Shown piece after piece: positions 1 through 12,247 of a DNA stretch of 64,000 bases. Below the pieces are notes generated by a model that was not told where the DNA came from, made no database searches, and worked only from the letters and a program-made list of their open reading frames with translations. Made by a program: the position numbers and the translations under genes. The first letter of the stretch is position 1; each line of letters starts with the position of its first letter. The stretch is from Selaginella moellendorffii (Eukaryota; Plantae; Lycopodiophyta). The stretch is from contig NW_003314344.1 of NCBI RefSeq assembly GCF_000143415.4, positions 256,336 through 320,335 on the forward strand, given 5' to 3'.

Positions 1-330
1 TTAGTATTTAGGATTGTGCCTTTTGTTTATGTTTCTTCATTATCTTTTAAATTTAAATTTGTATTAGCTTTTTGCAAGATCTAAAACTTTAGCTACTGCT
101 ATGCTTAGATTTTTTCTTTCTTCTCATCTTCATTGCATTCTCTTCTTTTACCATATTATGTTGTCATTGATCAAGAAGTATATCACTTGAGGTTGCTAAT
201 GCTACTTTATTGAATTAAACTTTTGGTATTGTGAGGTTTGATCATATTAGTGTTGCACCCATCCTTAGTATATTGCCATTTTCAACTTCTATGAGAAATA
301 ATTACATAGTTTGTCCTGTTCTTGGTGTTT
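1..330 (+). mobile_element. Heavily decayed fragment of the window's Ty3/gypsy family (5' leader/gag start)
   Basis: Pyrimidine-rich leader with agatctaaaactttagct resembles 29420-29620; ggtttgatcatatt resembles gag tggtttgattactt (29817). Judged by eye only. Confidence 0.35.
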
Positions 331-2119
331 TACCATTTCCTATTGATGTGGAGCTTAATCATGAAATCAATGGATGAGCTATGGATAATGCAATCTGGTT
401 TTTAGTAAATGTTCAAGGATCAAGTTTATGGGAAGACAATGTTTAGAACCTTGAATGGATTCTAGATTGTGATAAGAAACTTGATTATTATAGAGATAGC
501 TTTGGAGATGAATTAAAATTTTAATCTACCATCTAATCCTTTTTCTTTACCTTTAATTTGTCATTTAATCCTTTCTCTTTAAATTTTATTCTTTCTCAAC
601 CTTTTTTTTATTTCTCGGCTTGAGCCACTTTCTCATGTTCCTAGTGTTCTTTCCTAGTCTACAATATTTCTTTTTTCTGGTATATCAATCATTTCTAATT
701 TTTATGATTCTCATTCTAAATCCAATATTGAATTGATTGTTTTTTGTCCTGCTTATACTAATTTAGATCTTGAGTGTGTGCAAGAATTTGAGAATCTTGT
801 TTTTGCTTCCTTGGCAGAGTCTTTGATCAATTTTAGTATTGAGTATTCCTTTATTCCTAGAATTTCGGCACTAGTGGCAACAATGGCGGTGATAACAATG
901 TTTGCAATAGCATTGTTGGTGGTGATGATGGTGGCTAGAGTTTCAGGTTGAGTGCATATCCCCAATTGTGAGTGTTGTTAAGAGCCTTTGTTTTATTGTT
1001 GTTACTGAAGGGTTTATATGTTCCCTTGAGAGTGTGGACTTTTCTATTGATTTTCTAATATCAAGTGTTAAATTGTGTATTAAAGAGGTTGAGCAATGTG
1101 AATCTCTTATTTATCTTGTAATAGTTAAAATATTTTATCACAGTAGATCCTGTGTTCTCCAAGATTTAAACATATTTCGTTCTTTTCTCTCCATTTTATT
1201 TTGCCAATTGTTGAAAATTCCTTTTCTGATACTTTGTCTATATTTTCTTCTTACACAATGTTTCTTCCTCCCTTTTTATCACTTTCTCTTTTTGGCCTTG
1301 ACACTTTAAACTTTTTCTTCTTTAAAAGAGGGGGTAAAGGAGATGAATAGGAATCCGGCCCTAACAATAGAGTGAGGATGAGAATAAATTATATAGATTA
1401 TAGAGTAAGAAGAAGTATAGTGAGTTCGAAAGGAACATCTAGCCCCAACTTAGTGAGGCTGAGCGAATGCAATAGTGGAGCAAGGCTGAACATAAATGAC
1501 AGAGTGAAGACTAATGCAATGAGTCTAAATAGAGCTAGTGTTTCATAACTTTTTTTCCTTTGAGAAGGGGATAAAGAGGATGTGAAGGACAAATAGAGTG
1601 AGTCTAACATCCCATATATGGTGTTAGATAAAGACAAAGATCATAAGTCAAAGTTAATAGGGGTTTTAGATATTGATTAAAGGGAAAATGTAAAGGTAGG
1701 TTCTATTTATGGTCGTAAGTCTGAGTTAATAATGGTCTCAAAGGATTATCGGCAAGCAAACTTAAACATAGAATGTATTTTTTGTTACAATGGCATTTCA
1801 TGGACTACAATAATTCTCAAAGTCCTTTACTTTAGTTCAAAGTTAATTTGAGCATTTGGCAACTACACATGGAGTGTGATACGCAAATCCCTAGACCCTA
1901 AAATGGAGCCGAAAGTGTGCTACATGGCAATGGTTGAAGTGGAAGTCTAACAAGTGTAACATATTTAAACCAAAAGCTTTAACTCAGAAAGTTGAGAGTG
2001 GGAGTGGAACTCCAAATGAAGTGTTTAAGGAAAGAACATGAAGTGATCAATGAATGAGTCTCTAGAAAGGGACATAAGAAAAACTGACACATGGTAAGTG
2101 CCGTGACACATGGAAGTAT

Positions 2120-2575
2120 CAGAACTAAGTCTGAGATGGAGTTTGAGCTTGAGATGGAGTCCAAGAAAGAGTCCAAGATGGAGTCTAAGGTGGAATTTGA
2201 GGTGGAGTTCAAGAAGGAGTCCGAGGTGGAGTCTAAGGTGGAGTCCGAGAAAGAGGCCGAGATGGAGTCTAATAAAGACTCTAAGATGGAGTCTGAGAAG
2301 GAGTTTGAGATGGAGTTCAAGAAAGAGTCTGAGATGGAGTCCAAGAAAGAGTCTAAGATGGAGCCTAAGGTCAAGTTTGAGATGAAGACCAAAACTGGGT
2401 CTAAGATCAAGGCTAAGACCAAAATTGAGATTGAATTTGAGTTTAAATATGAGTTTGAGTCTGAATCCAAGTTTGAATAGTAATATAGTTCAAGGGGTAA
2501 AAGCCCAAAGCAGTCCTTTCCTATGGGGGGGGGAGGGCTGCAAGGCGTTTTAAAAGTACAATAGGGAGAGTGTTG
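2120..2575 (+). repeat. Degenerate 12-bp tandem array (gagtccaagatg-like) plus unique flank; inverted, decayed homologue of 3405-3750
   Basis: Periodic gagtc(c/t)aagatg units. 2450-2572 matches the reverse complement of 3405-3530 (taatatagttcaaggggtaaaagcccaaag...gggggggg...ctgca). Confidence 0.75.
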
Positions 2576-3081
2576 GGGGTTAGATTTCAGTGGAATTAAT
2601 TTAGGCAAGAAAGGTTAGTGTGACCTAAGAAGGTTACACTCACGTGGTGGTGATGATATAACCACTAAGGAGTCTAAGGAATACGGATGGATAAGTGGGG
2701 TAGCTTAGTGGAGTATTTAGGAGTCAATTGTAAGTTTTTCCTTAGTCAATTGTAAATTTTTCCTTTCCAATTTGCCAGTTTACCTCATCTATCAGACCAA
2801 CATTGCTTTGGCTTGTGCTAAGTTCCCTCACCAAGGTTCCCATCTATTGTACCAGCTCCTACTTGGTTTCAGCTACTCACTGCATGAGCAATGGAGCATT
2901 AGCCATCCATCCACAGATTCCTAAATCTCTCTCAATCCCCCTTCCTGGGTTAAACTAGACTTAAGGTTTGGCTACACTCCCCGCAGGCACTAGTAGCCAA
3001 GCACACCAAACCTCCAAGTTCCTAACACCCCTTAGTACAACAAGATTTGATTATGGGACCCTCTAAATCCTAAGCCTTGGG

Positions 3082-3794
3082 TGTAACACTTGCTTCGGGA
3101 CATCGGGGCAAAACACCGTGGCATAACGGCCCGGTATAGGTACCTCTACCCCCCACTTCCATCGCGAAGGCAAGGCCCAAGCCCCTAAGAAGGGTGATGA
3201 CTAATGAGCCGCAAGAGCCGGGAGCACCACAGTCAGTTTCCTTTTCGGGAGTGAGAGCTGCTTTTGAGCACTTCCCTGGGTGGCCCCTCTAGCACCACCC
3301 AAGCCCATGCTCACTCCCACCCAAGGCCCCTCGGCCCCAATTTCAACCTCAAGTCAGTTTGGAAGCCCCACTGAAGAGTTCCTCCAAGGCTAGTTCTTGG
3401 ACCTCACTATCCCTACTATATTTTTGGAACCCCCTGCAGCTGCCCCCCCCCTCTTGGGAGACGCACGCTTTGGGCTTTCACCCCTTGACCTATATTAGTA
3501 CTCAGACTTGGTCTCAGACTCAATCTCGGACTCGATCCTAGACTCGACTTCGGACTTGACCTCGAACTCGGTCTCGGACCCGGTTTGGATCTTGGACTCT
3601 GTCTCAAACTCGGTCCCGAACTCGGTCTCCGATTTGGCCTCGGACTTGATCCCAGACTCCATCTCGAACTCAGTCTCAGAGTCGGTCTTAGACTCAATCT
3701 TCGACTGGGTCCCATCCGATGAACTCTTTGTCATTTCGGTCATGCTTTCGGGGATCCTTTAGCCTACGACACCTCGGGGAGTTGGTTCCTTACA
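3082..3794 (-). mobile_element. Solo-LTR-like element (~713 bp) with internal 12-bp tandem array
   Basis: Ends TGTAA...TTACA (TG..CA, 5-bp inverted termini); GC-rich island in AT-rich DNA; tandem array 3500-3750. No TSD, PBS or PPT found. Confidence 0.45.
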
Positions 3795-4754
3795 TTAATA
3801 GGGAGATCAAATAGTTAATACTCTTAATTCAAGTGTGGGTGGCACTACCTACTTGGATATTTAATATGGCCTATTGGAACTTTACTCTAGCCAAATGGTT
3901 AAAGCAACCAGAGGTAGAAAGTGGGGGGAGTATCCACGAGACTCATGTTGGGTTGTGGTGTTTCGAAATGTCATCTAAAAAGTCTGGATTATGGAAAGGA
4001 AAAAGAACAATCCTCTTGTGTAGTGAATAGAGATACAATCACGTGGTGAGGAAGTCCCAGTGGTCAATAAGACTTACTGGTCAAGCCTTTGAGCCCTAAC
4101 TCCATAGTGGTGTTGGCAAGCATAGCCTTGAACAGAGAAAGACTTGGTGGAAATCGAAGTAACGATATTGAGAAAGGTATTCCTTATGTCTCTAGACATC
4201 TTAAGGATGCTAAGATGTGGTCATGGGATGACCATTCATAGATAAATGGCCCAATCTTTGAGAGACTAGACTATGGCACAAGCTATCTTGGACTATTAAT
4301 AAGATAAAGGTGAATGGACATACAGGTTGATATGCCAATAGTACTTTTGAGTGTCTATAGAAGGATTGGACATGTGGAGCACTTGGACCTAGTGCAAAGG
4401 TAGAATGGCATAGATGCCATTTATGGTGCTAGCAAGCCCCTAAGTTAAAAATAAAACTTATAGAGGTTGTGAGTGAGACTCTTTCAAGTGGTTAAAGGTG
4501 GGGTTAATTGATTAAAGTAGAATAGAAAAATTAGTCACTTACATGGAGTTACAATTGGTGTATCAAGATTTCGTAGCCATGGCTTTGGGTTTTGTTTCAA
4601 TCATGGTTATTAACAACTTTGTTGGTGGTTTTGCTGGAGCTTCAAATTCTTGTGGTAATATTATAATCACTTAGCAGAAGCTCTAAATGTTTCACTTGAT
4701 TTATTGTCATTACTTTTTCATTTTCTAGAGGGGAGGATAGTGTAAGGTTTTTAA

Positions 4755-4756
<2 letters not shown>

Positions 4757-4836
<80 letters not shown>

Positions 4837-4855
4837 GTGTGTGTGTGTGTGTGTA
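4757..4855. repeat. Compound microsatellite (TACA)n(TA)n(TG)n
   Basis: Directly visible; lies inside the LTR-like segment. Confidence 0.95.
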
Positions 4856-6474
4856 TTACTCTGACTAAATAATACACTAATTAAAGTATTATAACATATG
4901 AGTATTATAGTATATGGACCATCTATTTGGGACTAAATCTAGTCCATTCATTCTTGTATATAGGTCTAAACTCTAATTAATATACTTATTCCTATATCTC
5001 GAGCACTCACAATGTTTTTTTCTAGCTTAATTATTGTCTAAATCATCTTTAATTATAAGATTATTAGATACCAGAAATATTCTATATGGTGCAAGGCTAC
5101 ACACCATTTGTTTGTTAAGAATATTGTAGATAGGATGAGGCCACATGCCATTTATTCCTTTCTTATTCCCAAATAGTAAAAGGCCATATGCCATTTGCTT
5201 AAGTTCATCCTTCTTCTTGGATGGATTAAGGCTATAGACTATTTATAATTTCCTCTCTACATTAGTAGCATTTATAGCATGTAATTCAATCCCTTTTGCT
5301 AATACTTGTGTCTAGCTAAATTTCTTCTATGGTTAAACCCAAGGATGATTGTACTGTTTATTCAATCACTTCATAGTGATTCATTCATAAGGTGATGCTT
5401 TGTTTACATGAGTTTCCCAGCTATCTTCAAAGGATGATATACAATATTTTGAGTGCAACCACTTGTGTGGATTAGACCGTTTTTTTAAATGTCTTCGTCC
5501 GTGCATTTGGACATGCTAGTGACTATAACAATACATTTTAGTAAATATATCATTTTTGTTAGGGGTTGTTTTGGACTCGAGCAGCAGCAACATCAACCTC
5601 CATTGGAACAAGACTATCACCCACAGAAAGTGGAGTAAAAGGATGTGACATTTGCTTTTGAAACCTCTTGTTTCATGCAAAGTGAAATATATTGGAGTGA
5701 ATTAAGTTATGTTGTAGCTAAAGCTTTGTCAAAATCTTATTTAGGGCTTTTGCATGCACTTGTTCTAGCAACCCTATACAATACTCTTTAATTGGCATAA
5801 CATTATAGGACATCACCTCTTTCATTTGTAATCACATATACTTGAGCTCTATTTCCTATAGTGGATGGGCTTGCTCTAATGAAGGTTGTATTAGTATTGT
5901 TAATGTTTCTCAAATTAACATCCTTTATTTTTTAGGTGGAAACCTTGGTATCAACAACATTCTATTGTTGCTATGGTGGAAGGACTTAATATAAAAGATT
6001 TTTTTTAGGAAACAAGGAATTATGCAAATAGTGAAGGATCTTTACCTAAATAAGTTAGTATACCCCTTCACCCTTCTTTTGAGTATTATCAAGGTTCACT
6101 TTGCATTTACTTTCCAATCTCTTTTTTATAATAAAAGGTCCCATGTTATCTTTTTTATATTAGCAAATATGGGTTTGAGTTTGTCTTCAATTGTTCAATT
6201 TATTGCCACATATTGTCATTTGTGTTTGGGTTGTATGGTAGTGCTAGTTTTCATTTTTTATAACAATAGCTAGTCATATGAATGTGCATGGGATAAAATG
6301 AACCTAATTGTGTGTATTAGTGATCATGAGCTTGAGCTTTAGTCTTTATAAGTAATATTAAATCAAACTTTTGACCTCATTATTATTATGAATTGATCAA
6401 AGGACAATCATATCAAATATGATTTTGAGATTTCTGCGACAAGCTCGAGAAAATGTATTATCCGGACTCAGGAG

Positions 6475-6574
6475 NNNNNNNNNNNNNNNNNNNNNNNNNN
6501 NNNNNNNNNNNNNNNNNNNNNNNNNNNNNNNNNNNNNNNNNNNNNNNNNNNNNNNNNNNNNNNNNNNNNNNNNN
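6475..6574. other. Assembly gap (100 N)
   Basis: Run of N. Confidence 1.
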
Positions 6575-7458
6575 ACTTCAATCATTTTTATGTTATAATT
6601 ATTTTTCCTTTATGCTCTTCTTCAGTTCCCTTGAATGATCTTTATAAGATGATAGTTGATCAACTCAAGGAATATACTAATTTCTTCACTTTTGACTTAT
6701 TTTTTGGGGCTAAGATTGCAATATATCATTTTATTCCTATTGAGGATGATTGTTCAATCAACATTTCTATTTGGTGTTAGTCATTGAAAAAGATCAAAAT
6801 TTTATAGGCCAATGTCAAAAATATGTTGGAAAAGAGTGTTATCTAGAAGTTTTAATATCCTTAAACTTGTGAACCTTATCTTGTGATAAAATCTTATAAG
6901 AGCATTCAATTTTATATCAACTATCATCCATTGAATGATGTGACAATTATGGATATATACTCAATTCTTCATACTATAAATCTCCTAGATCATCTAAGGC
7001 AAAGCCATTTATTCACAAAGTTGGATATTGCCTCTACATATTAACAAATACTAATGACTGAGAAGGATATTAAATTTCTAATAATACTTCCCATATACCA
7101 TTTGGTTTGTCAAAGTGTTTTATGATGCCACTTAGTTTGATTAATGCTCTAGAAACTTTTTAATATATGATGGACAATGTTCTTTATGATATGTTTAAAG
7201 TAACTAGCAACTTCATTAATGATATTTTGATCCACTTAGAGGGAGGACCATGTTCATGATATACACAAGATTAAAAAATGGTTATAGGACATTAATCTAA
7301 AGCTAAATTAATCTAAATGTGTGTTCAGACTTAAAAACTCTACTTATTTGAGATACTATGTTTCCCATGAGAGTTGTAAGTTAATTTAGACAAACTTGCT
7401 ACAATGTGGAAGTTTTCTACTTTTACGTATATAAATAATGTGTAAAAGCTTCTTCAAT

Positions 7459-8031
7459 NNNNNNNNNNNNNNNNNNNNNNNNNNNNNNNNNNNNNNNNNN
7501 NNNNNNNNNNNNNNNNNNNNNNNNNNNNNNNNNNNNNNNNNNNNNNNNNNNNNNNNNNNNNNNNNNNNNNNNNNNNNNNNNNNNNNNNNNNNNNNNNNNN
7601 NNNNNNNNNNNNNNNNNNNNNNNNNNNNNNNNNNNNNNNNNNNNNNNNNNNNNNNNNNNNNNNNNNNNNNNNNNNNNNNNNNNNNNNNNNNNNNNNNNNN
7701 NNNNNNNNNNNNNNNNNNNNNNNNNNNNNNNNNNNNNNNNNNNNNNNNNNNNNNNNNNNNNNNNNNNNNNNNNNNNNNNNNNNNNNNNNNNNNNNNNNNN
7801 NNNNNNNNNNNNNNNNNNNNNNNNNNNNNNNNNNNNNNNNNNNNNNNNNNNNNNNNNNNNNNNNNNNNNNNNNNNNNNNNNNNNNNNNNNNNNNNNNNNN
7901 NNNNNNNNNNNNNNNNNNNNNNNNNNNNNNNNNNNNNNNNNNNNNNNNNNNNNNNNNNNNNNNNNNNNNNNNNNNNNNNNNNNNNNNNNNNNNNNNNNNN
8001 NNNNNNNNNNNNNNNNNNNNNNNNNNNNNNN
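7459..8031. other. Assembly gap (573 N)
   Basis: Run of N. Confidence 1.
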
Positions 8032-9519
8032 TATATGTGTATATCATGGAGATATAGAGTTATATTAATGCTTCACCATGATCCTATATTCAATTGCCAT
8101 AATTTGTAAATATTAGGTCTTGAAATCAATATAATTATGATCCTATATTGCCAATATTATTGAGTTTACCTTCACAATTACTATGAGTTATGAATGTTAG
8201 ATCTTGAAATTAATATTTAATCTAGGTAAAATTAGCAAAACACTTGGGTTGTATACAAATGGGACAACAATAGCATTACAACTTTTATCATCATCCATAT
8301 ATAGAGTACAAAGTAGATTACCTAATGTTGATTTATCTTTCCTATGCAATTTATTTAAAGGGCTCATTGCTCAGAGGAAGTGATTATATTAAATATTGTG
8401 GCAAATTGGGCCACAAGTTCAATATAACATTCAACATGCTAATCTTTTAGAAATTTTATATATTTTAATTATGTAGTGATTGAAACATTTCATAGGATCA
8501 AAAACAAGTTGCACCACATATGGATCCATTAATGCCTTGTCTTAATATTCCTCTTATTGACCAAAGACCCTAATTGCATTCCATCCCTTAAAAAAGGGTG
8601 GATGATACAAAGTTTAATTGTATAGTTATGATGTCATATATTATTATTGATATAGTTTATTTATCAAATTTGATTCAATTCAAACCACTCACTTCTGTAT
8701 ATAAGTTAGGGTTTTGGGCTCATATGAATATGCACATTTCTATATTCTAATGCTATATAGATAAAAAAAATTGTGAAAAACATAAAATAAATCATAAGAA
8801 TATATTGTAAAGTGTTAAAATTTTAAATTATGGTGTTATATTATATATATATATATATACTTAATTTTTATTTTATTTTTTAGAAACCAAATACTCAATA
8901 AAAAATACTATATTTATCTTATCAACATTTTTATCATAATTTACAATGACAAAATTAAAATCGATTATTATACATTTTATGTATCAACACTTGGTTTTTT
9001 AATAGTAGTGCTTATTATTTATTAATATAATTTATTAATCAATAGTTTATTATTATAAATATATTTATAATTTATCAACAAAAAATTAATATTATTACAT
9101 ATCAACAATAAGATGTTAAAATAAACTAAAATATACTAAGAAGTATTTTGAAAATTTTATAAATTATAAATACAAGATTAATCTAAATTAATAACAACCA
9201 TTAGATGGTAGAATATCCTAGAATATCTAAGCGTATATTAACTACCACAAGCAAACAAAAAAATCAAGTTTGGCAAAACTGTAGAACTGATGATTTAACA
9301 AAGATTTTTTAATGAATTTCCAAATATGTTTTATAATGATGGAAATATCTGGATATTCTAAGAGAAATTTAAATATTTAATATTCTATTCGTATAGATTA
9401 TTTCTGGTATAAGCTAACAAATTAAAATCCTTCCAAAGAAACTTGAAAAAGGAAAATGCTATCTTATAATCCTCAAAGTGTAAAAATTATACATTTTTAT
9501 ATTTTAAAATAAATTTATT

Positions 9520-9925
9520 TTTTGGTAACTGTTCAAATCCATTCTCTAAATCTATATTTATTGAGTTTGTTAGAATCTTATCCTTACACCCTAAGAGTCA
9601 AGTCATATCCTTCCCTTTTGTTTTCAATTTGAACCAATCTTTACTCTTGGTTCTTTACTAAACCCATGGTAATATGTAAACATATAGTGAAGTTCCCTTT
9701 TGGAGTAATCTATTTAAATTCTACCACTTGAATTTTTTTTAATTTTATAATTTTAATTTGGTTTAACATTTGATTGACATGGCACTTTACTCCTTTTTGG
9801 AGTAACAACATAGCCCAAAACATTAGGAAAGTTATAACATATATAACCTACTTTATGCCTAAAAGGTGTAAAGGATAGGATCCTAATAAAGTTCCCATTA
9901 AAAAGTGTTAACTTGAATAGTTTTT
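9520..9925. mobile_element. Degenerate foldback/MITE-like element with long imperfect inverted arms
   Basis: ttgttagaatcttatccttacacc (~9568) matches the reverse complement of ggtgtaaaggataggatcctaataa (~9866); aactgttcaa (9527) pairs with ttgaatagtt (9913). Confidence 0.4.
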
Positions 9926-10895
9926 GGAAAAGAGTTTCTCAAAAAGTTCCATTCATCTCCTTTTTATGTAAAATTTGAAAATTTTCAAGAGTTACAAACA
10001 TATGTGGAAGGTTTTTTTTTGGTATGGTCATGTGTGGAATAGGTAATATAAATAATACAATGACTAAATAAATACTTAATTCAACACTTAAATCCATTAA
10101 TTCGAAACAATCATCAAGAAATGGATTTACACCATGAAAGCTCAGGTACAATCACATTATATAACTATCAAATACAATATCATGGTAGTAGTGTCCCACT
10201 ATTGTTATGTAATATAATAACTCAAAATATAAATGTGAAAGTAGTTATATAAAGAGTCAAATTTTGTATATGGCACTATTATTAAAATAAATTATTAGAA
10301 AATATTTTATTTTTAAAATGTAGATGTAATTTAGTACCCTAATAAGTATTAATTTTAATAGTTTTAAAACTACTAAAAAATGAGAAACTTGTAATATATT
10401 CATATATAAAGGAAGTTATCTTGTCAAATAATTTGTATTACTCAAAAATGTTTATTAGTCTTCAAAAAAAGCAAATCTGAAATTATATAAGTAAATAAAA
10501 GTACATATTTACATATATGTTTTATATTTATTATATATATTTCAAAATATTTATTAAGGAATATCCTGAAAGTGTTGCTTTGGAGCCAATTTAAATAATC
10601 ATTGAAATACCTAAATTAATGGTGGCGAGAACTTCTTTTTGCAAAAATCTCAAAACAGTGCTCTGAAAAATAAAAGTACAATGGCGTATCCACTAAGTAT
10701 CTCCATTCTGAATGGTTCGCTAAGCAGACGCCACGTGGGACGCGGCGACGAAGAAAAAGGGAGGTGCCACGTAATACGCAAAGCCACCGTTTATTTTCAA
10801 GGGCCTGGATCTCGAAGAACCCTACCACTTTAGGGCTAGCACTAGGGTTTAAGGGAGAAATGGGGTGAAAGGAGCGACAGGGCGAGATAGTGGTG

Positions 10896-12247
10896 ATGGA
10901 TGCGATTCAATGGGGCCCGGAAGAAATCGCGCTCTTCAGCAGCAAATACTACGCGGCGTGCTTCGCCGGAGGATTGCTCTCGGCGGGGACGACGCATTTT
11001 CTCGTCACTCCATTCGACAATCTCAAAGTAAACATGCAGGTATGGCGGCAGATCGATCAAAGAATCGTCCTTTGGCTGTAGAATGTAGAGATTCACCGGG
11101 AGTTTTCTCCTTTCCCCATTCTTCCAGGTCCATCCAGCGAAGTATAGCGGAGGAATTCTCTCTGGGTTTGGCGTCTTGTGGAAGGAACGCGGTCCTACTG
11201 GGCTTTGGAGAGGCTGGGGAGGGAAGCTCTATGGCTATGGAGCTCAAGGAGCTTGCAAGTTTAGTCTCTACGAGTTTTTCAAGCATCGCTACTGCGATGC
11301 CGCTGGCCCCGAGAACTCGGCCACGTATCGGACGCCAATCTACTTCGCCGCCAGCGCCTGCGCACAGATGATCGCCGACGTTGTTCTCTGCCCCTTCGAA
11401 TCGATCAAAGTTCGTCTCCAAGCGCAGCCGGGCTTTGCCAAAGGATTGATCGATGGATTTCCAAAGGTCTACTCGGCCGAGAGGCTTCCAGGGTGGGCTC
11501 TCTTTCTAGTTTTCTTTTCTCTTCCAGGACTTAGTATCAACAGTGTTTTTCCAGGCTTTACAGAGGACTCTTGCCATTGTGGAGTCGAAACATTCCATGT
11601 AAGCAGATGTAAAGTTTCTACGCAGAACTCACGCAAACAGTTGGTCACTTTTTTCGTTTCTCTCGCAGTTGCCATGCTCATGTTCACGTCTTTCGAGCAC
11701 TCGGTCGATTTCATCTACCGTAACGTCGTGAAAAAGCCCAGGAGCGAATGCTCTACGACGACTACGTTGCTCGTCACCTGTGGAGCGGCTTACATTTCGG
11801 GGATCACCGGCACAGTCGTGTCGAATCCAGCTGACAACGTAATAAGCTCTTTGTATAACAAGGGAGGGACTGTTGTGCAAGTAAGCCTCATCCATCCCTG
11901 TTCATCGTTTCGTCGTGTCCTTGTCTCCTGGTTCTTAATCGTCTTCTCCTCGTTTTTTATGGATGCTTTCCAGGCGATCAAGAGAATTGGTCTGGTGGGG
12001 CTGTTCACGAGAAGCTTACCGCTTCGCATCGCGCTCGTGGGTCCTGTTGTCACAATGCAGTGGTTCATCTATGATTCCGTGAAGGTCTCCATTGGTTTGT
12101 AAGTGATCCTCCACTCTCTTACGTCCATTTTTTTCCTCTCTCTCTCTCTCTCTCGGACGAGCTTAACAAAAAAAATTTCTCTTCTTTTGCTTGGACAGGC
12201 CAACCAGTGGAGGAACTTACGTCGAGGAGGAATCTTCGGCATCATGA
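10896..12247 (+). CDS. MPT (PHT3): Mitochondrial phosphate carrier (SLC25/PHT3 family), 6 exons
   Basis: YYAACFAGGLLSAGTTHFLVTPFDNLKVNMQ, GYGAQGACKFSLYEFFK, LCPFESIKVRLQ, VSNPADN, LRIALVGPVVTMQWFIYDSVK and terminal LPTSGG; GT-AG introns (e.g. 11040-11127). Confidence 0.93.

Larger units (their letters stand above)
4741..8760 (+). mobile_element. Old, non-coding copy of the same Ty3/gypsy family (LTR-gag-RT-IN-LTR), interrupted by gaps
   Basis: LTR-like 4741 (tgtaagg) to 5011 (gcactcaca); gag remnant 5380-5520; frameshift-site remnant ~6005-6070; RT remnant 6990-7450 aligns with 31500-31950; integrase end 8060-8600; 3' LTR remnant ~8610-8750 (tatataagttagggttttgggc...atatgcacatttctatattc). 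Confidence 0.75.

Noticed and set aside
2120-2480. CRISPR-like periodicity
   Set aside because: Contiguous degenerate 12-mers with no unique spacers, in a eukaryotic context.
1979-3762. E/S/K-rich and antisense ORFs over the 12-bp arrays
   Set aside because: Stop-free frames are a by-product of a period-12 repeat; they are open in several frames and on both strands.
6397-8109. ORFs spanning N runs
   Set aside because: Artefacts of assembly gaps.
11176-12102. Single 308-aa ORF reading through introns of the carrier gene
   Set aside because: The conserved LYRGLLPLWSRNIP exon is in another frame, so the read-through is coincidental.
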